From: a virus | DNA length: 64,000 bases | Reading direction: 5' to 3' (one strand) | Virus record (IMG/VR): IMGVR_UViG_3300017989_000003 | Location: 6,606 to 70,605 of that record | Shown: positions 48,784 to 57,633 of the stretch, piece after piece | How the letters are laid out: every line of letters starts with the position of its first letter | Numbering within the stretch: the stretch's first letter is position 1 | The notes under the pieces: generated by a model | What the model saw: only the letters and a program-made list of their open reading frames with translations | Told to the model about the DNA's origin: nothing | The model's database searches: none | Made by a program: the position numbers and the translations under genes

Positions 48784-49068
48784 ATGGCGGAAGAAGTAGT
48801 CGAAGGATACCCGGAACACGAAAAACTCAAAAAGATAAATGATAAAAGCCAGACTATTGGCGAGTTCATCGATTGGATAAATTACGAAAAAGATATAGTT
48901 CTCGCAAAATACGAAGACTACTGCTTGTTTCCGATACGCACTCCAATCGAAAAACTTCTCGCTGAGTTCTTTGAAATAGATTCGGATAAGTTGGAAAGTG
49001 AAAAATGTCAAATGCTTGAACTGATTCGTAAACGAAATCTCGAAAAACCAAAACCGACGAGTCAATAG
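48784..49068 (+). CDS. Phage hypothetical protein
   Basis: 94-aa ORF with RBS AAGGAG and YPEHEKL...SQTIGEFIDW. Confidence 0.75.
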   Translation: MAEEVVEGYPEHEKLKKINDKSQTIGEFIDWINYEKDIVLAKYEDYCLFPIRTPIEKLLAEFFEIDSDKLESEKCQMLELIRKRNLEKPKPTSQ

Positions 49069-49084
49069 ATTTCGAGGAGTGATA

Positions 49085-49660
49085 ATGCCACGAAAAGAAC
49101 GTTATCCATATTCGCATCATGTAAACAAAACCCGCAAAGAACACAAATGTGTTGCCTGTGGAAAAATAATTCCGAAAGGAAGTACCGCAAGGTATAAAAA
49201 CGGGTTTGATGGTAAACGTATGTATATACATTGTGTTCCAGATTGTGACAAATTCAAACTAAATTATACTCTCCCTGCAATCTTACACAATAGTTTTAAC
49301 CTTGAAGACGAACATCATATTGACGTGACTACGGAAAAGCCCGGTGTCGTATCTTTATGGATTCCTATTCCCGGAGAGGAAGGAGAAGGTATTTATGGAG
49401 ATATTCTTTGGGGTGACTTCAGAAGACTTTATGATGCATTGAAAAAAGTTTTTGATGTTTCAGAGGATAAGCCAAAAGAAAAACCAACTATCAAGGGATA
49501 TGATTTCAAGTGTCCTAAGTGTGGAAAATGGGTTGATGCTACTGATTTAGTAGGAAGTGTTATCAATGAACTTCATACAGAAGGTGATATGGAGTGCCCT
49601 CACTGTGGAGTTCTTGTAGTATTTCAGTGGGAACTTGCCAATTGGGGAGCGGACGAATAA
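49085..49660 (+). CDS. Multi-zinc-finger hypothetical protein
   Basis: KTRKEHKCVACG...HC..C, CPKC and CPHC. Confidence 0.7.
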   Translation: MPRKERYPYSHHVNKTRKEHKCVACGKIIPKGSTARYKNGFDGKRMYIHCVPDCDKFKLNYTLPAILHNSFNLEDEHHIDVTTEKPGVVSLWIPIPGEEGEGIYGDILWGDFRRLYDALKKVFDVSEDKPKEKPTIKGYDFKCPKCGKWVDATDLVGSVINELHTEGDMECPHCGVLVVFQWELANWGADE

Positions 49661-49839
49661 TGCCTAACATCATAAAAATTTATTGGGAATATGAAGATAA
49701 TTTACCAGACGATTTATCAGATGCAGAATACGATGCTATGTTTCTATTGAGTAAAGTAGACATAGTACGAATGTTTCCCTATATTATAGTCAAAGGTAAA
49801 AAGTTATTTTTATCCGAACGTATACTACTGAGGAAATAA
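49660..49839 (+). CDS. Small hypothetical protein
   Basis: 59 aa; its ATG overlaps the upstream TAA (TAATG). RBS GGAG. Confidence 0.6.
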   Translation: MPNIIKIYWEYEDNLPDDLSDAEYDAMFLLSKVDIVRMFPYIIVKGKKLFLSERILLRK

Positions 49840-49851
49840 GAAAGGATAGTC

Positions 49852-50541
49852 ATGGGACAAGTGGATATTGTTGGAGAGATAGTGTCGCTTTTCGTTGGGT
49901 TAATAACGGGTATAGTTGTCTTTATTATAATTTATTTAGAAAGAAAGAAGTCTCGCGAATGGTGGCGCGAGGGTGTCGAAGATACTAAGAAAAGGGGAAT
50001 AGGCATGAATAAGGATACTAAATACGTAGAGTTTACTTCTGACGTAGAGGTGTCAGCTAAGGTATTGGCTAGTTACGACGACGCCATAGAAGAAACGTTG
50101 GAACTAGCAAAGAAAATGAATTGTGAACTAGTGCTTAAGCATAACTCGGTAAAATTAGTAATTGGGGCAAAAGACACACTTAGTGAGCTAATTGATGCAT
50201 GGTGGAACGCAGCGTATCCTACTAACGGAAATGTCGCAGAAAATACGGCAAATGTTGCTGAGAATGTGAGTGTAAGATTAAACGATGTCGTAGACCTGAC
50301 CAAGATACAGGGTATTGAGTATAGTGCTAAGAAACTTGGTGGTGTATGGTGCCTTAAAGGTACGGGATTTCCGTTATCAAGGATATTTATGGAGCTAGCT
50401 TCAGAAGAGTCTACGTTAGAAGGGATAGCTGAATATTACAATCTAGACATGTGTTTATTGAACGATATATTTCGTGCATTCGGTGAAGCTATATGTGTAG
50501 CGCACGAAGGAAGTACCGGGAAAGAAGGCGGCATTTGTTAA
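49852..50541 (+). CDS. Membrane-anchored DUF433-domain protein (paralog B)
   Basis: N-terminal transmembrane helix; KKLGGVWCLKGTGFPLSRIF...GIAEYYNL. Confidence 0.7.
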   Translation: MGQVDIVGEIVSLFVGLITGIVVFIIIYLERKKSREWWREGVEDTKKRGIGMNKDTKYVEFTSDVEVSAKVLASYDDAIEETLELAKKMNCELVLKHNSVKLVIGAKDTLSELIDAWWNAAYPTNGNVAENTANVAENVSVRLNDVVDLTKIQGIEYSAKKLGGVWCLKGTGFPLSRIFMELASEESTLEGIAEYYNLDMCLLNDIFRAFGEAICVAHEGSTGKEGGIC

Positions 50542-50568
50542 CTAGAAACAGAAAGAACAGGATTAAAA

Positions 50569-51315
50569 TTGTTAGATTCAAAAATAATTAATAAAATACA
50601 CTGCGCTGACTGCATAGAATTTATGCAAGACAAAATCGTTGATAACTCAGTCGATTTAGTGGTAACTTCCCCACCTTATAATATTGGACAGGATTACGGC
50701 ATTTACAAGGACAACATGACGTGGGGGAAGTACTTAAAGTGGTGCCGTAAATGGCTTTCAGAAATTTATAGGGTATTAAAGCCTGATGGACGTATTGCTC
50801 TTAATTGTTTGTTAGAGATGGGTACACAGAACAATAAGGTAAGAGTTAGTCCGTTTGCTTCATTCCAGCGTTTGTTCAAAAAAGTTGGGTTACACTATAA
50901 CGGAGTTGCGGTTTGGACAGATAGACACAGAGGAAGACATTCAGCCTTTGGAAGTTATTTAAGTGCTAGTGCGCCTTATATCTATTGTCCTTTTGAGGTT
51001 GTAATGTTTGGGTATAAAAAGCAATGGAAAAAAATACAAAGGGGTGTTTCAACTATAGAAAAAGATGACTTTATGAAGGGCGTATGCGGTATTTGGAACT
51101 TGCCTACACAGCCAGAATTAACCAAAGCAAACTTTCATACGGACTTATCGGACTTGTGTATTAACTTATTGAGTTACAAAGGAGACTTAGTACTAGACCC
51201 GTTTGCTGGGGCATCTACGGTAGCTGTATCATGTATAAATCTTGGCAGAAACTTTGTAATGATAGAGTTATCCCAGGAATATTGTGAGATAGGACTAGAA
51301 AGGATTGGTGTTTAG
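50569..51315 (+). CDS. Amino (N4-C/N6-A) DNA methyltransferase, beta class
   Basis: VTSPPY precedes VLDPFAG; also IHCADC and IELSQEYC. Confidence 0.93.
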   Translation: MLDSKIINKIHCADCIEFMQDKIVDNSVDLVVTSPPYNIGQDYGIYKDNMTWGKYLKWCRKWLSEIYRVLKPDGRIALNCLLEMGTQNNKVRVSPFASFQRLFKKVGLHYNGVAVWTDRHRGRHSAFGSYLSASAPYIYCPFEVVMFGYKKQWKKIQRGVSTIEKDDFMKGVCGIWNLPTQPELTKANFHTDLSDLCINLLSYKGDLVLDPFAGASTVAVSCINLGRNFVMIELSQEYCEIGLERIGV

Positions 51316-51535
51316 GATGATTAAACTACATGAAAAAGTTATTGTGAGTGACGCTAGTGTTATAAAGTTTGCTGTTAGAATGGGTAGTAACATAAGGTTA
51401 CTTTTGAATCTAGGTGGTACGTGTTTTACAGAAGATATCCAGTTTACTAGTGAAGGTGTAGCTAAGAATGTTATGAAGAGAATACTGGACATAAAGCAAG
51501 ATGACGGCGATGTGCCTGCTGGTTTTCGTAAATAA
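51305..51535 (+). CDS. Small hypothetical protein
   Basis: 76-aa ORF coupled to the MTase gene. Confidence 0.55.
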   Translation: MVFRMIKLHEKVIVSDASVIKFAVRMGSNIRLLLNLGGTCFTEDIQFTSEGVAKNVMKRILDIKQDDGDVPAGFRK

Positions 51536-51557
51536 TACTACGGGAAAGGAAAAATTT

Positions 51558-52109
51558 ATGGATTACAAGATATTTCTGGATATGGACGGTGTTCTTTCTG
51601 ATTTTGTGCGTGCGTGCGAGATGCTATTTAACCGAAATTTATACCATAGTGCTATGTGGGAGAAGTCTACTGTATATGACAGGATTGGAGTACCTGAGGA
51701 TATATTTTGGAGGTTTATCGAGATGAACTCCAAAGAGTTTTGGCTTAATATGCCCGAATACAATATAGCTAAGACCCTGTTTTACACATGTACGGACTAT
51801 GTTGGCAAAGAGAATGTGTTTATATGCTCGACTCCATGCGCTGACCCGAATAGCGCTGGATATAAGGCAGCGTGGATTAATAAGCGCTTTGGTATATTAC
51901 CTGAAAACTACTTTTTATGTAAGCAGAAGCATTTAATAGCAAGAGACAATCATATACTAATAGATGACCAGGATTCCGTAATAGAGAAGTGGGATGTCGC
52001 AGGTGGTATACCCATTATGGTTCCAAGACCATGGAATTCGCTCTATGACTTATGGTACAATGACTTAGAATATGTACGGAAAAAACTAAGAAAAATAATG
52101 TACCCATGA
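51558..52109 (+). CDS. HAD-family 5'(3')-deoxyribonucleotidase
   Basis: FLDMDGVLSDF, CSTP, K..W and LIDD...KW. Confidence 0.9.
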   Translation: MDYKIFLDMDGVLSDFVRACEMLFNRNLYHSAMWEKSTVYDRIGVPEDIFWRFIEMNSKEFWLNMPEYNIAKTLFYTCTDYVGKENVFICSTPCADPNSAGYKAAWINKRFGILPENYFLCKQKHLIARDNHILIDDQDSVIEKWDVAGGIPIMVPRPWNSLYDLWYNDLEYVRKKLRKIMYP

Positions 52110-52153
52110 GTAAAACCCTGGAATAAAGTCTGACAAAGTATGAAAGGCAAGTA

Positions 52154-52318
52154 ATGAGTAAAAAAAGAAAAGAAAAATCCTGTAATAATTGTAAATATCA
52201 GGACAAAAACGGTAATTGCACTAATCGCAAAAATAAAAAACCAAAAGATTATGGGATGACAAAATTTACATGGTGTATACACTGGAAAGAAAAAGACATT
52301 AAAGAAAGTGGGGTGTAA
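52154..52318 (+). CDS. Small Cys-rich protein (54 aa; not in the ORF track)
   Basis: MSKKRKEKSCNNCKY...C...WCIHW. RBS AAGG; fills the gap before mazG. Confidence 0.6.
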   Translation: MSKKRKEKSCNNCKYQDKNGNCTNRKNKKPKDYGMTKFTWCIHWKEKDIKESGV

Positions 52319-52321
52319 GCG

Positions 52322-52690
52322 ATGTTAAATTTTTCTGAATACCAACAGGAAGCACGGAAAACAGCTATATACCCAAAGGAATATAGTATCATCTACCCTG
52401 CTCTTGGTCTTAATGGGGAAGCGGGTGAGGTTGCTGAAAAGATTAAAAAACTCATAAGAGACGGTGCTATTGAAGAATTACAAGACGAAAGTTTTAGGGA
52501 AAATAACCCTAATATTTGCGCCACTGTTATTGATATGGTTACAAAGGAAATGGGAGACGTACTGTGGTATTTAGCCGCTCTTGCGTCAGACCTGGGTGTT
52601 GATTTGGCTGATGTAGCAGCTGAAAATATTGCTAAACTTAGTAGCCGCCAACAGCGAAACAAACTTTCTGGTTCTGGGGATGAAAGGTAA
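52322..52690 (+). CDS. mazG: MazG-like NTP pyrophosphohydrolase
   Basis: LGLNGEAGEVAEKIKK, EMGDVLWYLA and NIAKLSSR. Confidence 0.93.
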   Translation: MLNFSEYQQEARKTAIYPKEYSIIYPALGLNGEAGEVAEKIKKLIRDGAIEELQDESFRENNPNICATVIDMVTKEMGDVLWYLAALASDLGVDLADVAAENIAKLSSRQQRNKLSGSGDER

Positions 52691-52695
52691 CATTT

Positions 52696-53265
52696 ATGAA
52701 AGAAGTTGATATTCCTACTTGCGGGGAGATGATGTATCTCAGAGGATATAACTATGGCGTTGCGGGTAATATTAGTGTTCGCAAGCCATATGGCATTTCT
52801 ATTACTGCGTCGGGTACTCATCTAGGTTTTTTGCAAAGTGAGGACTTGGTCATTGTAACTCATGGTGGTAAATGTAAACATAAGAACGCAAATCCGTCTT
52901 CTGAGGTACAAACACACCTTTCCATATACAATATTGACGATTCTGTAAACGCTGTAATACACGTACATCCCGTAAGTGTGATAGCGGCTATGAAGAATCA
53001 TATCCAGTGGTATAATCGTATTTCGACTGAACAATCTAAGCATTTTCTTAGGATAAAAACGACAGAATTATACCATAAGTCTGGTAGTAAAGCGTCTAGG
53101 CTTGCTGCTATGAAGATAGCTGGGGAAAAATACAACACTATTTTGATGTTGCATCACGGTGTGTTTGTAACAGGGAATACTTTGTTTGAGGCATTTGTTA
53201 GGTTAGAGATGGTGTGTGAGTTGGCTGAGTTGTATAACACTGTGTATAGAGGATTAAATGCATAA
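52696..53265 (+). CDS. Class II aldolase/adducin-family metalloenzyme
   Basis: GNISVR, ITASG, PSSE..TH..IY, VIHVHP and HHGV. Confidence 0.88.
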   Translation: MKEVDIPTCGEMMYLRGYNYGVAGNISVRKPYGISITASGTHLGFLQSEDLVIVTHGGKCKHKNANPSSEVQTHLSIYNIDDSVNAVIHVHPVSVIAAMKNHIQWYNRISTEQSKHFLRIKTTELYHKSGSKASRLAAMKIAGEKYNTILMLHHGVFVTGNTLFEAFVRLEMVCELAELYNTVYRGLNA

Positions 53266-54247
53266 AATAGCTGTATGTGCTGATGTACATGCTCATAATT
53301 ATGTGCAGTACTCTAGTATAACTAAGGATGGTCTTAACTCCAGGTTAGAGTGGGTATTGCAAGCTTTGTCCAGTATAATTTCCATAAGTGAAGACAAAGG
53401 AGTCGACGCATTAATAATCGCAGGTGACTTGTTTCATAGTCGTAAATCTATTGATGTAACCGTATTGGATAGCGTATACTCGGTGCTTTCGAAGTCTACT
53501 ATTCCGTTGTACATTCTTAAGGGTAATCATGACATCTCAAACGATGGAACACGGGTATCAATTAGAATACTTAGTAAAATAGCTAAAGTTATAGTTAAAC
53601 CATCAGTTGTTAATGTTGCGGGTAAAAGCGTAGGTTTTATTCCGTGGAGTGATTCTCCAGAATACGTGGGCGAAAAGGTACGGTCGCTGAGAAAAAATGG
53701 GGCTACTTGTTTAGTTGGTCATTTTGGTGTTAAAGGAGCGATGGTTGGAGCACATGAATATGTAATGGAAGGCGGTGTCCAACGTGGTATATTTAAGAAT
53801 TATGAATGGGTGGCTCTAGGACACTACCATAAACAACAGAAAATTCGTAAAAATGTCTATTATGTCGGCTCCCCGCTACAGCATACCTGGGGTGAGTCTG
53901 GGAATACTAATGGATTTATGATATTTGGTGGTACAGCTCCTGAGTTTGTGAAGCTTAATAATCTCCCAAAGTTCGTACGTGTTACGTGCGAAGATGACAT
54001 GCAAGAAGTTCGGGATATAGACTACGTTAAAGTAATCGCAGATGGCGATACAATTAGCAAAATAAAACCAAAGTCTGGCATGAAGGTTATACAGACTGTT
54101 GCTGCCGAAGACGAATATAAGCCTCGAATAATGTTTGACCAAACATCTGTTAAGGGTATTCTTCGTCAGTATGTCGAAGAATTTCCACATGATTCTGCTG
54201 AAAGTGACTTTCTAGTTAGTAAGGGATTATATTACCTAAAGGAATGA
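53258..54247 (+). CDS. sbcD: SbcD/Mre11/gp47-like nuclease
   Basis: ADVH, GDLFH, GNHD and GHYH metallophosphoesterase motifs. Confidence 0.93.
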   Translation: MHKIAVCADVHAHNYVQYSSITKDGLNSRLEWVLQALSSIISISEDKGVDALIIAGDLFHSRKSIDVTVLDSVYSVLSKSTIPLYILKGNHDISNDGTRVSIRILSKIAKVIVKPSVVNVAGKSVGFIPWSDSPEYVGEKVRSLRKNGATCLVGHFGVKGAMVGAHEYVMEGGVQRGIFKNYEWVALGHYHKQQKIRKNVYYVGSPLQHTWGESGNTNGFMIFGGTAPEFVKLNNLPKFVRVTCEDDMQEVRDIDYVKVIADGDTISKIKPKSGMKVIQTVAAEDEYKPRIMFDQTSVKGILRQYVEEFPHDSAESDFLVSKGLYYLKE

Positions 54248-54248
54248 A

Positions 54249-56093
54249 ATGCGAGTATTAACAATAACGGCTGTTAATTTTATGTCGTTTAAGTCCCTAA
54301 AGTTGGATTTGCGCGAATTTTATGGCGTTACGCTGATAAATGGGCGAAATGGTTCAGGTAAGAGCACGTTACTCGAAGCAATATCATGGGCTATATTTGG
54401 TAAGACTATTCGTAAAACAAGAGCAGATGATGTAATTCATTCCGATGCGAATGCTTGCGAGGTATGGTTAGAAATTGAAACGCCTAATGACACTTTTGAG
54501 ATTAGACGTAGACGTGAGCGTGGAAGTGGCACAACTCTATCGTTTAGTAGCGTGACTGACGGTACTAACAAGGGCAAGCAAGCTCTTTTAGAGCAATATT
54601 TAGGGTTTGACTATCAATACTTTACAAGTACGGTTCTATTTGCTGGTAGTACTTCGTCGTTTTGTAGGCTTACTGACTCTGCTAGAAAGAAGGTTCTCGA
54701 AGAGTTGCTTGGCTTTGATGCTTATGCTAAAGCTTACGTAAAGGCGCAGAAAGACAAAAATACGTATGAAAGTAGGCTATCCCAGATAAAATCGCAGATA
54801 TTTGGAAAAGAACAGGAAGTTAGTAATCTTCAGGAAAGTCTTGCTGAGTATACCGAGGAGTCACGTATATTTGACTTTAGGTGGCAATCTAACTATATTG
54901 ATTTTATTAAGGATATAGGAGAATTGCAAGAAGAGGAACATACTCTGATAGATGAAATGCTAAATAACGAGATTATTACGACGGATATAAGAGATAGTTA
55001 TATGCAGAGAGTGGAGAAGTATAACTCCCAGAAAAAAAGATACACTACAAGTTTAAGACGTATCAGCCAGGAGCTTCGGGAGGTAGTGGGAAAGATTTCA
55101 GCTATTAAGGAGCGTGTTAAAGTAGCAAAGAAAGACGTGATTGATAAAAGCGACGCTAACGCAAAACAAGAAGAAGGTATTTGTCCTTTTTGCGGTCAGT
55201 ACTTACCGAGAGCTTTTGAGAAAAGGGTGTATGCCGTACAACCTTTGCGAGATGAACTTGAGAAATTAGAATCTGAATACAAAGAGCACGTTAATAAGCA
55301 ATCTAGTCTTGAAACAGAGTTTGATGACATAGAGTCTAAACTAAATTCATTAGAAGAGCCTGACGAACCTGATTATTCGGTTGTCAGTAGGTTAAAGGTT
55401 GAGTTGCGTAATAATCGAATATCGCAAAGTTCTGCGTGGGTTAAGGTACGGAAACACATTAATGACAGTGACAATAGATTTGTGACACTGATTAGCAACG
55501 CTGAGTTAAAAATTAAGTCTGCACTGTCCCAAATAGACAAATTGAAGTCTGAGGCAATCGACGTTGAGGAATACCTGTTTGTAGCAGAATATTGGATGAA
55601 GGCGTTTCATTATAATGGTATCCCTTCGTACCTGCTTGATAATTTGTATCCTGTAATAAATAAGTGCGCAGTTAGCCATTCTGAGTTTTTAACAGATGGT
55701 GACCTTAAGATACGCTTTAGGAATGATGACGGTAATTTGGGACTAGATGTCTCTTATAGTGATGGCGGAGATGCTTACGATATTGTGTCTACTGGTGAAA
55801 AGACTCGAGTTGACCTAGTTGTGTTATTATCTATTCGTGATGCCATTGAGTTTACGTATAGTAGTTCGTTCTCACAGTTATTCCTAGACGAGATATTTAA
55901 CGGTTTAGATGAGTCTGGCGTAGAGTCCGCGATGAATTTACTCCGTAAGAATTTCAAGGATAAACAGGTATTTTTAATAACTCATGAGAGTTCTCTTAAG
56001 GATTTGGCTGATAATGTCATTAATGTCGTAAAAACAAATGATGGTTCATTTGTAAGTGACATTTGTCGTCAAGGGGTATTTTGCAACCGGTAA
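54249..56093 (+). CDS. sbcC: SbcC/Rad50/gp46-like ATPase
   Basis: NGSGKST, CPFC zinc hook, STGEK signature, LFLDE and LITH. Confidence 0.95.
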   Translation: MRVLTITAVNFMSFKSLKLDLREFYGVTLINGRNGSGKSTLLEAISWAIFGKTIRKTRADDVIHSDANACEVWLEIETPNDTFEIRRRRERGSGTTLSFSSVTDGTNKGKQALLEQYLGFDYQYFTSTVLFAGSTSSFCRLTDSARKKVLEELLGFDAYAKAYVKAQKDKNTYESRLSQIKSQIFGKEQEVSNLQESLAEYTEESRIFDFRWQSNYIDFIKDIGELQEEEHTLIDEMLNNEIITTDIRDSYMQRVEKYNSQKKRYTTSLRRISQELREVVGKISAIKERVKVAKKDVIDKSDANAKQEEGICPFCGQYLPRAFEKRVYAVQPLRDELEKLESEYKEHVNKQSSLETEFDDIESKLNSLEEPDEPDYSVVSRLKVELRNNRISQSSAWVKVRKHINDSDNRFVTLISNAELKIKSALSQIDKLKSEAIDVEEYLFVAEYWMKAFHYNGIPSYLLDNLYPVINKCAVSHSEFLTDGDLKIRFRNDDGNLGLDVSYSDGGDAYDIVSTGEKTRVDLVVLLSIRDAIEFTYSSSFSQLFLDEIFNGLDESGVESAMNLLRKNFKDKQVFLITHESSLKDLADNVINVVKTNDGSFVSDICRQGVFCNR

Positions 56094-56110
56094 CGAATTA
56101 CCCCTTGACA
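56056..56110. repeat. Dispersed palindromic element, copy 4 (supplies the sbcC stop codon)
   Basis: GTGACATTTGTCGTCAAGGGGTATTTTGCAACCGGTAACGAATTACCCCTTGACA. Confidence 0.92.
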
Positions 56111-56132
56111 TTTTAGGCTATGTGTATACAAT
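56105..56132 (+). promoter_or_regulatory. Sigma70-type promoter upstream of the packaging operon; its -35 comes from the palindrome's right arm
   Basis: TTGACA (56105-10), 16 nt, TACAAT (56127-32). Confidence 0.7.
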
Positions 56133-56149
56133 ATATAGTGGAGGTTTTT

Positions 56150-56857
56150 ATGGGAAGTGACCATTCTTTTGTACCATGTCAGTATTGCGAGGAAGATACA
56201 GAGCCAGACTCTTTGTATACTATATGCAAAGATGGGTTGTTTTTCTCCGTTTGTATGAAGTGTCTGGCAGTTTATAAACCTCAAGAGGTTTTTGCTAAGA
56301 TGATAGAGGAAGGGGTATCTTCAGTTATTCCAGCTAGTAGCCAAGTTGTGTCTAATAGGTACTTAACGTGTCCGGTGTGTTCGGGTAGTTATGTAGAGAC
56401 TGATTTTGTCGTGTTGATATACGACGATGAAACAGTTCCTTATGGAAGTGATGGTATCGTCATATGCAAAGGTTGTTTTAGGAGTAAGTTTGAGGGAACT
56501 TACCTTAAGAATCCTGATAAAACACTAGATAAAATAGCTAGTAAGAATCTTACAGTAGCTGAGATAGTCACGACTAAACAAGTAGAGTCGTTATCAAAGT
56601 TCCATGACATAATAGACAGTAAAGTTCCAAGAGTAGAGACAGAGGGATTTGATTGTGTAATTTGCAAATCTCACTTTTCGTCTAGGGAAATGGCTTATGT
56701 TATTCCTTACGAATGTGACGCTACTCTCGGAGTATACACTCCGAAGTCTGAGAGCAAGGTCTGTGTTGATTGCTATAAGAAGTTATGGATAGTTGCAGCT
56801 CAGAGAGTACCGTCTAATATATACAAAACTGTAATGGAAGCTATGGTTGAGTTATGA
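56150..56857 (+). CDS. Protein with six CxxC pairs (three predicted Zn fingers)
   Basis: CQYC, CMKC, CPVC, CKGC, CVIC and CVDC. RBS GGAGG before ATG 56150. Confidence 0.75.
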   Translation: MGSDHSFVPCQYCEEDTEPDSLYTICKDGLFFSVCMKCLAVYKPQEVFAKMIEEGVSSVIPASSQVVSNRYLTCPVCSGSYVETDFVVLIYDDETVPYGSDGIVICKGCFRSKFEGTYLKNPDKTLDKIASKNLTVAEIVTTKQVESLSKFHDIIDSKVPRVETEGFDCVICKSHFSSREMAYVIPYECDATLGVYTPKSESKVCVDCYKKLWIVAAQRVPSNIYKTVMEAMVEL

Positions 56858-57633
56858 CACTAGATATACCTCTTACACCTGATGAGATAAAATTGGCTAA
56901 GAAATACGTAGTCCATGGAGAGGCTGCGCTCTTATCTGCTGGTTTAACCCCTAATGAGGTGTCATCATTCCTAAATAGGTATGATATTCAGTATTTCCTT
57001 AAGACTTTATATAAGGATTTCGAATTTAAGGACTCGAGATGGGAAAGGGTACAATTTTATGCGCTTAGCGAGCTAGAGAAGTTAATGGCTCAAGCTTTGT
57101 CAGTTATAGCTAGGTCTTTAATGGGCATAACATCAGACATGACTGATTTACCGCCGTCTGGACAGCAGTATAAGGCTGCTGTAGACTTACTGGATAGGTT
57201 AGGCGTTAAAGTTAACCAGCAACCTGCTAACAATCAGGAGAATCCAACTATTGCCCTAAACAGTATTAATGTGAATATAAGCGAAGACATAGATTCAGTG
57301 TCTAGAGAGAGAATACTGACGATGGTTGATATGTTCGTCGGTGGGGCAGATAAAGTTGTTAGTACAGACGATGACGTTACGCGTTCGGTAAATGTAAAAA
57401 AGTTACCTATGGTTGATGATTTACCTGAAGCGCGCGATAGATTGAAAGATTTACATGTGAGGAAAAGTTCAAATGGCGGAAAACCAGAAAAAATCAAAAA
57501 AGAAAAAAAGCTCGAAAAACGAAATGTTCGAAAAAGACCCTCTTCTAAAGATAACGAACCTAAAAACGACAAAAAACGTAGGGGAAGTAAACCTAGCAAA
57601 AAAACTATACCAGGAACATCTACACAAAAGTAG
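56854..57633 (+). CDS. Putative terminase small subunit
   Basis: Helical protein directly upstream of terL, with a basic disordered tail. Assignment is positional only. Confidence 0.45.
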   Translation: MTLDIPLTPDEIKLAKKYVVHGEAALLSAGLTPNEVSSFLNRYDIQYFLKTLYKDFEFKDSRWERVQFYALSELEKLMAQALSVIARSLMGITSDMTDLPPSGQQYKAAVDLLDRLGVKVNQQPANNQENPTIALNSINVNISEDIDSVSRERILTMVDMFVGGADKVVSTDDDVTRSVNVKKLPMVDDLPEARDRLKDLHVRKSSNGGKPEKIKKEKKLEKRNVRKRPSSKDNEPKNDKKRRGSKPSKKTIPGTSTQK

